Virus record (IMG/VR): IMGVR_UViG_2854869019_000002
Span: 2,707 to 66,706 of that record
DNA length: 64,000 nt
Source of the DNA: a virus
Lineage: Duplodnaviria; Caudoviricetes
Direction: 5' to 3' (one strand)
The position numbers and the translations under genes were made by a program. Below are positions 8,903 through 18,219 of the stretch, in pieces. The notes below the pieces were generated by a model that was given only the letters and a program-made list of their open reading frames with translations, was not told the origin of the DNA and made no database searches. Every line of letters begins with the position of its first letter. The stretch's first letter is position 1.

Positions 8903-9828
8903 TGGCACCACTCCCCATACCACAATCAACAACTGTCGGCGCGATCTACGCTGCTTACGAAGCCCAGGCGAAATCCTGGGACTCGTGGGGCATCAGCGTG
9001 GGCGAGGCAGGCACGGAATGCGACAGGGCGCTTTGGTATGGCTTCCGCTGGGCATCTGCTCACGAAGTCCATAGTGGCCGGCAGCTGCGCTTGTTTGAAA
9101 CGGGTAACATCGAGGAAGACCGGCTCGTCGCTGACCTCGAGAGCATCGGGGTCGATGTATACGGGCAGCAAGACAAAATCCGGCTGGTGTCAGGCTTCGT
9201 GCGTGGCAAGTGCGATGGCAAGGCAATGAATGTGCCGGAGGCGTCGAAGACAGAGCACTTGCTGGAGTTTAAATCGAGCAACGCCAAGGGGTTCGCGCTG
9301 ATTGTTAAGGATGGCTGTCAGAAAGCAAAGCCACTTCATTATGCGCAGTGCCAGCTTGGAATGCATGCCTTCGGTTTGAGCCGGTGTCTATATCTCGTGT
9401 TGTGCAAGGACAGCGACAGTCTCTATTCAGAGCGCATCGAATACGATCTGGAATTCTGCTTACGGCTCGTTGCGCGGTGCGAACGCATCGTGTTTTCGGA
9501 TATGCCGCCGAGCAGAATTAGCGAAAACCCGGAGTTTTTTGGCTGCATGTTCTGCAAGCATAAGGCGGTTTGTCATCATGATGCGCAGCCGCGTGTGAAC
9601 TGCCGAACATGCCTCCATGCTCAGCCAGAAAGCGGCGGTGATTGCCATATCTCATGCGCACGATGGGCAAAGCCTTTGTCGATCGATGAACAACGCGACG
9701 GCTGCCCGGCGCATTTGTACCTACCAGGCATGGTGAATGGTGAGCAGATCGATGTCGACGAGGATGCAGAAACGATCACTTATCGAATGAAGAGCGGTGA
9801 GGTTTGGGTGGATGGCGCTAAGGGTTAG
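8902..9828 (+). CDS. Cas4-like PD-(D/E)xK exonuclease
   Basis: ECDRALWY, GKCDG, LLEFKS, HYAQCQ, C-terminal Cys clusters CMFC..C / CRTC. Confidence 0.85.
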   Translation: MAPLPIPQSTTVGAIYAAYEAQAKSWDSWGISVGEAGTECDRALWYGFRWASAHEVHSGRQLRLFETGNIEEDRLVADLESIGVDVYGQQDKIRLVSGFVRGKCDGKAMNVPEASKTEHLLEFKSSNAKGFALIVKDGCQKAKPLHYAQCQLGMHAFGLSRCLYLVLCKDSDSLYSERIEYDLEFCLRLVARCERIVFSDMPPSRISENPEFFGCMFCKHKAVCHHDAQPRVNCRTCLHAQPESGGDCHISCARWAKPLSIDEQRDGCPAHLYLPGMVNGEQIDVDEDAETITYRMKSGEVWVDGAKG

Positions 9829-10607
9829 GACCAGTATTGGGAGAGGCGAGATCGTTCTTCTTCTACCAACCGGGTCACTTTAAGCGCACCGTCAAGGCAT
9901 TTTAAGAACATGGCACGGGCGGAAAATAGACTTTCACGACACTCTTTTTCCAAAATTTCCACACTTTCATCAAGTTGCAGTACGGTTTTAAAGTAATGTC
10001 TATTAAGCAGAAAAGGGTTTCTACCATTAACAGACAACGGATCGGTTAATTTGAGTAATCTTATCTCCTTTATGGTTTGAATCTCTATTTTATTATCGAT
10101 GTGTTTCTTCATAAACTCCAGAGATCGTGATGATTGATGCTTAATGGCGGTCATTTCCAATGGCAGATCTGGATCAATTAGGGGAGAAGTATAAGAATTT
10201 ATTGTATCAATCCGCCGATCGATAAAATCACCAAATGCGCGCAAGTACCCAATGGAAATATTCTCATCTTCTACATATAGGTTTTGGATGGTTTCGGACA
10301 GTTTTTCATATGCTCGAAGTACATCTAACTCTTTTTGTACGCTTCGCTTGATAGTCGCCACATGCTGCCTGCGATTAGCATCCAATTGTTGCTTAGCAAC
10401 GACCACAGCAACCAGAACCGGGATGCCTGCAAGGATCGTTCCGTAGTCTGCCATCAGTTTTAGAAACGCATCGCCAAAACTCTGATGTCGAGTATAGAGC
10501 GCGCCAAAAACCATCGCGCAAACGCCGACATAAACAGCTGTCGCCACATACAAAATCGATGAAGAAAACTGCTCGTTTTCTTTTTCTACGTTCTCTTTAT
10601 CAGACAA
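9825..10607 (-). CDS. AT-rich inserted membrane-anchored protein (moron)
   Basis: 260 aa ORF, two N-terminal TM helices, antisense to the operon. Confidence 0.75.
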   Translation of the reverse strand: MSDKENVEKENEQFSSSILYVATAVYVGVCAMVFGALYTRHQSFGDAFLKLMADYGTILAGIPVLVAVVVAKQQLDANRRQHVATIKRSVQKELDVLRAYEKLSETIQNLYVEDENISIGYLRAFGDFIDRRIDTINSYTSPLIDPDLPLEMTAIKHQSSRSLEFMKKHIDNKIEIQTIKEIRLLKLTDPLSVNGRNPFLLNRHYFKTVLQLDESVEILEKECRESLFSARAMFLKCLDGALKVTRLVEEERSRLSQYWS

Positions 10608-10622
10608 GGTAACGCCCCCAAC

Positions 10623-12386
10623 ATGCTAACCTTACGAAACTACCAGTCAGAAGCAATAGACGCCGTTTTCGACTATTGGCAAGAGGAGGCAGGCAATCCG
10701 CTTGTTGATCTTGCGACAGGCACCGGCAAGTCGATGGTTATGGCGTCTCTTATCCAGCGCCTGGTTGAAGGCTGGCCAGATATGCGCGTGATGGTCATTA
10801 CTCATGTGGCGGAGCTGATTCAGCAGAATTATCTTGAGTTGCTCGGCATCTGGCCGTTTGCACCGGCAGGCATCTATTCTGCTGGCCTTGGTCGTCGAGA
10901 TGCGCGCAGTCAGATCGTGTTCGCGGGCATTCAAACGGTGCACAATAAGACCGCGCAGATAGGGCACATCGACGTCCTTATGGTCGATGAGTGCCATACA
11001 ATTCCCGTGAACAGCAACACGATGTATCGAAAGTTCATTGATGCGCTGCTTGAGATCAATCCAGATATGAAGATTCTCGGCTTGACCGCAACGCCTTATC
11101 GTCTGGATAGCGGTCGCCTTGATGAAGGTGAGGATCGGTTGTTTGACCGTGTCGTTCATACCTATGGCGTTGCTGATGGAATCCGCGACGGCTTCCTTGC
11201 TCCTCTCACGAGCAAGCCTACCGCCACGGAATATGACGTGAAAGGCGTGGGTCGTCTCGGCGGTGACTACAAGCAGGGTGCGCTTGAAGCGGCGATTAAT
11301 AAAGCCGACCTTAACGAGGCGGTCGTGTCTGAGATCGTTGCAAAAGGTGCAGATCGTCGTTCATGGCTTTGCTTCTGTGCCGGCGTCAAAGCCGCTCTGG
11401 ACGTGCGCGACGTGATAAGATCGCGGGGCATTACGTGCGAGGCAGTGACAGGCGATACGCCAAAAGAAGAACGCCGTCGCATTCTTGAGGACTTCAAAGC
11501 CTACCGTATCCAGTGCGTGACAAACAATTCAGTTCTTACTACAGGATTTAATCATAAGGGCGTTGATTTAATTGCATTTTGCCGACCAACTTTGTCCTTA
11601 AGCTTGTATGTACAAATGGCCGGTCGAGGCACTCGTCCACTCTATAAGGCCGGTGCGCCGCTGGATACGGTTGAGCAACGCTTAGATGCTATTGCTGCTG
11701 GACCGAAGCGGAATTGCCTTGTGCTGGACTTCGCCAAGCTTGTCGATCGGCATGGGCCAGTTGATATGGTTGAGCCTAAAGCCCCGAGCGCCGGCACTGG
11801 CGATCCGCCAATCAAGATCTGCCCTCAAGAGCCTGATGCTTTCGGGATTACAGGTTGCGGCGAGAAAGTGCATATCTCTCTGATGAAATGCCCATGCTGC
11901 GGCTATGACTTTCCTCCGAATGAGGAAGAGAAATTAACCCGACAGGCTGCGGACGTACCGATTGTCAGCACGGCAGAAGCCGAATGGCGCAAGGTGACAG
12001 GCAGGACGTTCCATTTCCACGAAGGCAAGGGCGACAAGCCCCCGTCTGTCAAATGCAGCTACATCGCAGGCTATACGCAGATTAATGAATGGCTGTGTCC
12101 GCAGCATACCGGATTTGCGCAAAGTAAGGCGCATCGATGGTGGACGCAACATGGAGGCCAGCGGCCGTTTCCAAAGACGGTTTTGGAATGGCTTGAACGC
12201 CAGCGTGAACTGCTCACTACTGACGAAATCAGCGTCGTGCCAAACGGTAAATATTGGAATGTGAAAGACGTGCGGGCAGGCCTGATGCTCGGAGCGGATG
12301 CCGACAACGACAATGTGCCGGAGCCTGTGAACGACAATGTTTCTATCGGACTTTCGGAGCTGCTCGACGACGAGATTCCGTTCTAA
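10623..12386 (+). CDS. SF2 DEAH-type helicase (RadD/YejH-like) with Zn finger
   Basis: LRNYQ, ATGTGKS, DECH, TAT, QMAGRGTR, CP..C..CPCCG. Confidence 0.92.
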   Translation: MLTLRNYQSEAIDAVFDYWQEEAGNPLVDLATGTGKSMVMASLIQRLVEGWPDMRVMVITHVAELIQQNYLELLGIWPFAPAGIYSAGLGRRDARSQIVFAGIQTVHNKTAQIGHIDVLMVDECHTIPVNSNTMYRKFIDALLEINPDMKILGLTATPYRLDSGRLDEGEDRLFDRVVHTYGVADGIRDGFLAPLTSKPTATEYDVKGVGRLGGDYKQGALEAAINKADLNEAVVSEIVAKGADRRSWLCFCAGVKAALDVRDVIRSRGITCEAVTGDTPKEERRRILEDFKAYRIQCVTNNSVLTTGFNHKGVDLIAFCRPTLSLSLYVQMAGRGTRPLYKAGAPLDTVEQRLDAIAAGPKRNCLVLDFAKLVDRHGPVDMVEPKAPSAGTGDPPIKICPQEPDAFGITGCGEKVHISLMKCPCCGYDFPPNEEEKLTRQAADVPIVSTAEAEWRKVTGRTFHFHEGKGDKPPSVKCSYIAGYTQINEWLCPQHTGFAQSKAHRWWTQHGGQRPFPKTVLEWLERQRELLTTDEISVVPNGKYWNVKDVRAGLMLGADADNDNVPEPVNDNVSIGLSELLDDEIPF

Positions 12387-12413
12387 AAAAAGAGCGGCCC
12401 GAAAGCCGCTCCT
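12385..12413. terminator. Intrinsic terminator between helicase and PRC-barrel gene
   Basis: A-run + GAGCGGC ccgaaa GCCGCTC hairpin. Confidence 0.6.
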
Positions 12414-12435
12414 CACTAACTCAGAAAGGGGCTGA

Positions 12436-12831
12436 TTACTTCGCCCAACGACCTTCATACTTGAACTCAGGAGCCTTTTCGAGCGCCTCCTTGGTCGTGT
12501 CCATCTTCGCTGACCACTTCTTATCGTTCTCTGAATAGAGAATTTCGACATTCTGCGGTGCGACAGTTACATACTTTTCACCGACGCCGAGGAAGCCACC
12601 GACTGAAACGATATAACCTGTAAGATTGCCTTCAGAGATCACGAGATCCTGAATTTTGCCGATGGTTTCATCTTTCGAGTTTACGATATCAAGATTGATG
12701 ATGTTGTTCGTAAGAACGTCAGTTGGCTTCGCTGTCACAAAGACTTCTGTTTCCGTTGTTGTAGCCGTTTGAGCGTTTGCAAAAGAAGCGAGTGCAACAG
12801 TAGCGACAGCAGCTAACAGAATACGACGCAT
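12436..12831 (-). CDS. Secreted PRC-barrel domain protein
   Basis: Signal peptide (ANA-Q); NSKDETIGKIQDLVI, VSVGGFLGVGEKYV. Confidence 0.9.
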   Translation of the reverse strand: MRRILLAAVATVALASFANAQTATTTETEVFVTAKPTDVLTNNIINLDIVNSKDETIGKIQDLVISEGNLTGYIVSVGGFLGVGEKYVTVAPQNVEILYSENDKKWSAKMDTTKEALEKAPEFKYEGRWAK

Positions 12832-12874
12832 TTAAATTCTCCTAATAAAATCTTGACATTAACGTCGGTGGAGA

Positions 12875-12900
12875 AATGCGAATGGGTGCATATTGGTTCC
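12875..12900 (-). promoter_or_regulatory. EcfG/RpoE2-type promoter of PRC-barrel gene
   Basis: GGAAC-N17-CATT. Confidence 0.6.
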
Positions 12901-13003
12901 AAAAATAAATTTGAATTTTTACGGATGAAGGCTTGCACCGAGTGGCGACGCCACCACAATGAGCATTACCGGCCTCACCAGCTAACCACACGAGGAGTAT
13001 GAA

Positions 13004-13759
13004 ATGACGGATGTTACCTTCGATCCATATACCATTGCTGCCGTGGCAGAGATGGGCCACAACAACCCGCCAACCTCTGCATATGAAGCGATCAGACAGG
13101 AAATCGAAGACCTGTTCGATGAATCTAAGAATTTCGCGGACGGCGAAGCGATTGACAGTGCTGCATTAGCCGAAGCCGTTACCGAACTGCACGACAAGCT
13201 GCATGACGCTGGCAAGCGTGCTGACGAGGTTCGCAAGGACGAAGCTAAGCCGCACGACGATGCCAAGGCTGAAATTCAGACGCGCTACAACAAGTTGATC
13301 GGAAACACTAAGACGTCAGGAAAAGGCAAAGTCGTGCTCGGCAAGGAAGTGCTCCAAGGGCTGCTGACCCCATGGCGCAATAAGGTTGCCGCCGAAAAGG
13401 AAGCTGCGGCACGTGCAGCGCGTGAGGAAGCCGACCGCGTAATCCGCGAGGCACAGGAAGCCATGCAGGCGAGCGCTGGCAATCTGGAAGCACGCGAACA
13501 GGCCGAGGAACTGGTCAAGGAGGCGAAACAAGCCGACCGTTGGGCCAAGCGCGAAGATAAAGCCGCTACTACTGGCACTGGTCTGCGTTCGGTCTGGCAC
13601 GCTGATATGATTGACGAAGGCATAGCTTTGGATTGGGCATATGGCAGAGCACCCGAGCGTTTCAAAGCTGTCGTGCAGGCAATGGCCGAGGAAACAGTGC
13701 GCGCTGGTATGCGTCAGGTGCCTGGTTTCAAGGTGCGTGAGGAAAGGGTGGCTAGGTGA
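13004..13759 (+). CDS. Coiled-coil phage protein of unknown function
   Basis: ACACGAGGAG RBS; N-terminal GHNNPP; C-terminal VPGF. Confidence 0.8.
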   Translation: MTDVTFDPYTIAAVAEMGHNNPPTSAYEAIRQEIEDLFDESKNFADGEAIDSAALAEAVTELHDKLHDAGKRADEVRKDEAKPHDDAKAEIQTRYNKLIGNTKTSGKGKVVLGKEVLQGLLTPWRNKVAAEKEAAARAAREEADRVIREAQEAMQASAGNLEAREQAEELVKEAKQADRWAKREDKAATTGTGLRSVWHADMIDEGIALDWAYGRAPERFKAVVQAMAEETVRAGMRQVPGFKVREERVAR

Positions 13760-13777
13760 TGGGTAAGGAAGCAAGGA

Positions 13778-14557
13778 TTAGCGTGAGGGTTGTATAGCCA
13801 ACGAGGTAATAGGAAAGAACTTATAGAAGTTTCCAAGATGTTTCTTCTGCAGATCGTGTTTCTCGCAGGCTCTCTCGACGGATTCTTGATCAAAGTTGAA
13901 TGAAGAAAGAACGAGTCGAGGTTTAAACTCAGGATTCCCGCCAGCTTCCTTTCCGATTTGGCTAAACATCTGAAACAAACAAGTAGCATATCCAATTTGA
14001 TACTGACGATTTAATCTGAAGTAATCGTTGTTGGTTGTGCAACGTCGATTGAAATTTTCTGTGTGCCATTTTACGCGCAGAAAATGCTGCGCAAGCTGCG
14101 GGCTTATATAATTTAAATCCCTCAACAACGATGGTTCTGGAGTAGGAATAGGAACAGGAGCCGCTCGTGCAGAATCCCTCGTTATTTGCCGACGATAGTC
14201 ACTGACCATCGTTCCGATCGTGTAGAATCCATCAAGTGCATTGTCTATACGCCCGCGCTCGCGAGTTTCTCTGAGATGTCTTATTTGTTCTCGTCCCGAA
14301 AAAATAACAAATGCACCGCCTGCGACTGCAGCCAATCCCGCGAGTAGTTGTTGGTAAGGGTTCACCCACTTCAACAGGATAATCCATCTCACCCACTCAA
14401 GGAATTCAGAGAAACAAGCGCCACTCAGAAACATTCCGCATGTGCTCTCATAGTGCCACGCAACAAATGCCAGCAGCGCCCACGTAGATGCAATGCCAAT
14501 CGCCCAAGATTTCCACTTTTCCATAGGGCCCCACGCCAAAGAAGAATCGATAAACAC
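13778..14557 (-). CDS. Inserted membrane-anchored protein (moron)
   Basis: 259 aa antisense ORF with N-terminal TM helices. Confidence 0.7.
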   Translation of the reverse strand: MFIDSSLAWGPMEKWKSWAIGIASTWALLAFVAWHYESTCGMFLSGACFSEFLEWVRWIILLKWVNPYQQLLAGLAAVAGGAFVIFSGREQIRHLRETRERGRIDNALDGFYTIGTMVSDYRRQITRDSARAAPVPIPTPEPSLLRDLNYISPQLAQHFLRVKWHTENFNRRCTTNNDYFRLNRQYQIGYATCLFQMFSQIGKEAGGNPEFKPRLVLSSFNFDQESVERACEKHDLQKKHLGNFYKFFPITSLAIQPSR

Positions 14558-14617
14558 TTATAGCAACCACCCCGCCATCCACCAACTGGCGGGTTGCCAC
14601 ACACGAGGAGAGAATGA

Positions 14618-15190
14618 ATGCAGGAAGAGCTACCCAGCGGGCCTTTTGGCTGCGTCCTTGCGGACCCGCCATGGTCTTTCAGAACGTACGGAAAAAAAGA
14701 CGTTGCGCCGGCACGAGGCCGTCAGCCTTACGGTGTAATGTCACTTGACGATATCAAAGCGCTGCGTGTCGAACAGGTATGCGCTCGCGACTGTTTGTTG
14801 TTTATGTGGACGGTTTCGCACCTGCAGGCCGCTGCAATCGATGTGGCTGCCGCGTGGGGATTCAAACCTGTCAGTGTTGCTTTTGTCTGGGACAAAGGCC
14901 GCATGGGCATGGGTTACTGGACACGGCAGGAAGTAGAAATCTGTCACTTGTTCAAGCGGGGCAAGCCTCGCCGTCTATCGAAGGGCGTGCGCTCCCTTAT
15001 CAAGGCTCCGCGCCGCGAGCATTCCCGCAAGCCCGATGAGCAATACGGACGCATCGAGAAGCTGGTCGACGGTCCTTATCTCGAGCTCTTCGCTCGTCAA
15101 GCGTGGCCGGGTTGGTCTTCATGGGGCAACGAGTCTGAGAAGTATGTGGCTGCCAATGATAACCAAGATTTGCTGGGGAGGGTGGCTTAA
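14618..15190 (+). CDS. MT-A70 family adenine methyltransferase
   Basis: ADPPW, LFMW, REHSRKP, LELFAR, WGNE. Confidence 0.93.
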   Translation: MQEELPSGPFGCVLADPPWSFRTYGKKDVAPARGRQPYGVMSLDDIKALRVEQVCARDCLLFMWTVSHLQAAAIDVAAAWGFKPVSVAFVWDKGRMGMGYWTRQEVEICHLFKRGKPRRLSKGVRSLIKAPRREHSRKPDEQYGRIEKLVDGPYLELFARQAWPGWSSWGNESEKYVAANDNQDLLGRVA

Positions 15191-16014
15191 TGGCGAAACT
15201 CACGAAGGCTCAAGCAAAGGCGCACTCTCAAGCAGTTGCCATCCTTCAGCAAGAACGGTTGTCGGAAGATGATAAGGAATTCGTATATCGCAACTGGAAC
15301 GAGGGCGCGAACCACGTAAACGGCGCAGCAGGTGCTTTCTTCACCCCATTCGATATGGCTTTTGATTTTGCGATAGATGCTGGCGGCGGTCGCATTATTG
15401 ACCTGTGTGCTGGGATTGGAATGCTATCTTACGCAATTTGGCAGCGTAGCAGTTTCAACGATAATAGGCCGCAAATTACCTGTGTAGAGCGTAATGCCGA
15501 GTATCTTGAGGTCGGGAAAAAGTTGCTGCCAGAAGCAGAATGGATTCACGCTGACGTATTTGACGTTCTCGATATGGGACTGAGGCACTTCGACACTGCG
15601 ATTAGCAACCCTCCGTTCGGAAACATCAAGCGGACCAGAAACTCTCCGAGATACAGCGGCAAGGATTTCGAATTCCACGTAATTGATATTGCGTCCCACC
15701 TAGCAGACTACGGCACGTTCATCGTCCCCCAAATGTCGGCAGGCTTCAATTATTCCGGACGGAATAGCTATGAACGTCAGACCAGTGGCAAAGCCGTTAA
15801 GTTCCAGGAGTTGACCGGTCTGCATTTCGATACAGGCTGCGGCGTCGATACTGCTTATTTCATCGATAAGTGGAAAGGCGTCTCTCCAATGTGCGAGATC
15901 GTTTGCGTTGAATTTACAGATGCGCCCGTCGTTGCCCAGAAAGTGCAACCGAACCCAGCAAACGACAATGTCCAAAAACCAGTGCAACACAGCCTTTTCG
16001 GTGACGCAGCATGA
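15190..16014 (+). CDS. N6-adenine (gamma-type) DNA methyltransferase
   Basis: GAFFTP, IDLCAGIG, ISNPPFG. Confidence 0.88.
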   Translation: MAKLTKAQAKAHSQAVAILQQERLSEDDKEFVYRNWNEGANHVNGAAGAFFTPFDMAFDFAIDAGGGRIIDLCAGIGMLSYAIWQRSSFNDNRPQITCVERNAEYLEVGKKLLPEAEWIHADVFDVLDMGLRHFDTAISNPPFGNIKRTRNSPRYSGKDFEFHVIDIASHLADYGTFIVPQMSAGFNYSGRNSYERQTSGKAVKFQELTGLHFDTGCGVDTAYFIDKWKGVSPMCEIVCVEFTDAPVVAQKVQPNPANDNVQKPVQHSLFGDAA

Positions 16015-16328
16015 CCCATCCGGACCAATGCCACGTCTGCCTCCGACATGCTGTCGGTCTCGGTGTGCAGGAGCACAAAGAACCGATCCGTTGGTTATGT
16101 AAGGAATGCGCAGACATTGCTGAGCACATCGTGCACCGCCGCCGCTTGGACCCTTACGAACTGCGCGCCCTTGATACGGGTGTTGAAGCTGTTGGGGCTT
16201 TCCTTGGCACTATAGGCAAAACCGACCTTGCTGAATGCGACGAACTCGAAGCGCGCATGCTGGTGAAGGCCGCGTGGGAAGGCTGCGGGCGAGGAATGCT
16301 GGAAGCTCTTAAAGCAGCTCCTTTTTAG
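16011..16328 (+). CDS. Conserved phage protein with Cys pairs (DUF6511-like)
   Basis: CHVC..CKEC, IGKTDLA, ends APF. Confidence 0.7.
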   Translation: MTHPDQCHVCLRHAVGLGVQEHKEPIRWLCKECADIAEHIVHRRRLDPYELRALDTGVEAVGAFLGTIGKTDLAECDELEARMLVKAAWEGCGRGMLEALKAAPF

Positions 16329-16344
16329 GAAAGGCGCCATTATA

Positions 16345-17772
16345 ATGAAAAACGAGAACGACAATAACGCACTGCGCTTTTTGTCCGTGTGTAGCGGGAT
16401 TGAAGCAGCTTCGGTTGCGTGGAATCCACTCGGATGGAAGGCAGTTGCTTTTAGCGAGATTGAGAAATTCCCTTCAGCTGTGCTGGCGCATCATTATCCG
16501 GATGTACCGAATCTTGGAGATTTCACCAAGATCGATACGTCCGCACTCGGACGCGTCGATATCCTCTGCGGTGGCACGCCATGTCAGGCGTTTTCCATCG
16601 CGGGAGCGCGCAGGTCGCTTGACGATGCACGCGGTAACTTAACCCTAGCCTTTGTGGAGCTTGCACATGAGCTTGCAGCAGGAAATGGACTTCGCAACGT
16701 CGTCTGGGAAAACGTTCCCGGCGTTCTCTCGACAAAAGACAACGCCTTCGGATGTTTCCTGGCAGGACTTGTCGGAGCAGATGATCCCTTGCAGTCGCCA
16801 GACGGGCCTAAATGGCCAAACTCAGGTATGGTTGCCGGGCCGCGGGCACGGGCCGCTTGGCGGATTCTCGACGCTCAATATTTCGGATTGGCCCAACGAC
16901 GCAAGCGTGTCGTCGTTATCGCAGATTTTGGAAACGGCGCAGATCCCGCAGCGGTTTTATTTGAGCGCAAGAGCTTGTCAGGGAATACTCCGCCGAGCCG
17001 AGAAACGGGGAAAGACATTGCCCCAACAATTAGCGCACGCCCTACAGGCGGTGGCGGACTTGGAACAGACTTCGATTTAGATGGTGGGTTGATTTCATCA
17101 ACAGGCAGTGTGGCACACTGCCTGAATGCTGGTGGCATGGGGCGACAGGACTATGAAACTGAGACGATGATTGCCTTCGCTCAGAATACTCGCGACGAAG
17201 TGCGCATCGTAAATGGTGATGGTTTAATAGCTGGTGCACTCGCGGCCGAACCGGGAATGAATCAGCAAACCTATCTAGCTTTCGACTGCAAGGCATCAGG
17301 GCGAAGTGGTTTCGGGGTTGGCGAAATTAGCCCAACGTTGAGGGCCATGAATAGTGTTGATGGCAATCAGAATGCGGGTGGTCAGGTGGCTGTTTGCGCA
17401 CCTGTCGCTTGGTCCAGCATGCCACAGAACAGCGGCAAGGATTACAAGGCGCTTCAGGTCGACGTCGCGCAGCCTTTGATGGCTGGTGGACCTGTAGGCG
17501 GCAATCAGGGTGGCGACTACATCCAGCAGCAATGGGCCGTCCGCCGTCTTACACCTACCGAGTGCGAGCGCCTGCAAGGTTTCCCTGACGAATACACCAA
17601 TATCCCTTGGCGCAACAAACCTAATAGCCCTGACGGTCCGCGCTACAAGGCTCTGGGTAATAGCTGGGCAGTGCCGAAGTTCCGTTGGATTGGCGAAAGG
17701 ATTGCTCGCCTGATGCCGATGTCACCAGCCAATGACAATCATTGCACAGAGCCAGAACGCCTCTGCGCATAA
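16345..17772 (+). CDS. DNA (cytosine-5)-methyltransferase
   Basis: SVCSGIEA, GGTPCQAFS, WENV, QRRKR, RRLTPTECERLQGFP, YKALGNS. Confidence 0.95.
   Translation: MKNENDNNALRFLSVCSGIEAASVAWNPLGWKAVAFSEIEKFPSAVLAHHYPDVPNLGDFTKIDTSALGRVDILCGGTPCQAFSIAGARRSLDDARGNLTLAFVELAHELAAGNGLRNVVWENVPGVLSTKDNAFGCFLAGLVGADDPLQSPDGPKWPNSGMVAGPRARAAWRILDAQYFGLAQRRKRVVVIADFGNGADPAAVLFERKSLSGNTPPSRETGKDIAPTISARPTGGGGLGTDFDLDGGLISSTGSVAHCLNAGGMGRQDYETETMIAFAQNTRDEVRIVNGDGLIAGALAAEPGMNQQTYLAFDCKASGRSGFGVGEISPTLRAMNSVDGNQNAGGQVAVCAPVAWSSMPQNSGKDYKALQVDVAQPLMAGGPVGGNQGGDYIQQQWAVRRLTPTECERLQGFPDEYTNIPWRNKPNSPDGPRYKALGNSWAVPKFRWIGERIARLMPMSPANDNHCTEPERLCA
16667..17080 (+). CDS. Overprinted (+1 frame) M.EcoHK31I beta-like polypeptide within the C5-MTase
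   Basis: GGAG at 16656-59 then ATG; SLSQILE..IPQRFYLS..ILRRAEKRGKTLP..L..AL resembles the EcoHK31I beta chain. Confidence 0.65.
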   Translation: MSLQQEMDFATSSGKTFPAFSRQKTTPSDVSWQDLSEQMIPCSRQTGLNGQTQVWLPGRGHGPLGGFSTLNISDWPNDASVSSLSQILETAQIPQRFYLSARACQGILRRAEKRGKTLPQQLAHALQAVADLEQTSI

Positions 17773-17927
17773 AGCCGGTTCAGTAAATCTATCATGTCAT
17801 CGGCCTCCTGAATATCGAGGTCAGTGACATAGGTGTCATTTACCATAGCCACAAGGCCAGTGAAAATATCAATCACAGACCAAGTGCCGTCTGGCATCTG
17901 CTTCATATCATAGCGGGTTTCAGCCAT
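17739..17927 (-). CDS. Small hypothetical protein, paralog 1 (DGTWSVI family)
   Basis: GGAG RBS; similar to adjacent ORF. Confidence 0.7.
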   Translation of the reverse strand: MAETRYDMKQMPDGTWSVIDIFTGLVAMVNDTYVTDLDIQEADDMIDLLNRLYAQRRSGSVQ

Positions 17928-17995
17928 GGACGCGCTCCAAGGATTATTCATGCAGAATAACATCATTCAGCGCGTTGCAGAAGATCAACCGCAGC

Positions 17996-18196
17996 TTAAG
18001 GCAATTGTCCGCTTCCACCTTCGTGCTGCCGTTCCATGAATGTCCGGGTAATTTGCACCAGGCATTCATTCGCCTCTGTCTCGGTGAGCCCTGTCTGAAG
18101 CTTACCTTTGAACTCGGCAGGTTCATTTTTGTATGACTCAATAACAGACCAAGTTCCGTCCTGTTCATGGCGAACCTTATAGCCATTCTCAATCAT
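17996..18196 (-). CDS. Small hypothetical protein, paralog 2 (DGTWSVI family)
   Basis: AAGGAGG RBS; similar to adjacent ORF. Confidence 0.7.
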   Translation of the reverse strand: MIENGYKVRHEQDGTWSVIESYKNEPAEFKGKLQTGLTETEANECLVQITRTFMERQHEGGSGQLP

Positions 18197-18219
18197 AGTT
18201 TCCTCCTTCAGGAGTTCAC

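Noticed and set aside
8902-9828. Cas4-like gene as a sign of CRISPR-Cas
   Set aside because: No repeat-spacer array or other cas genes seen; usual phage Sak4/SSB-associated exonuclease
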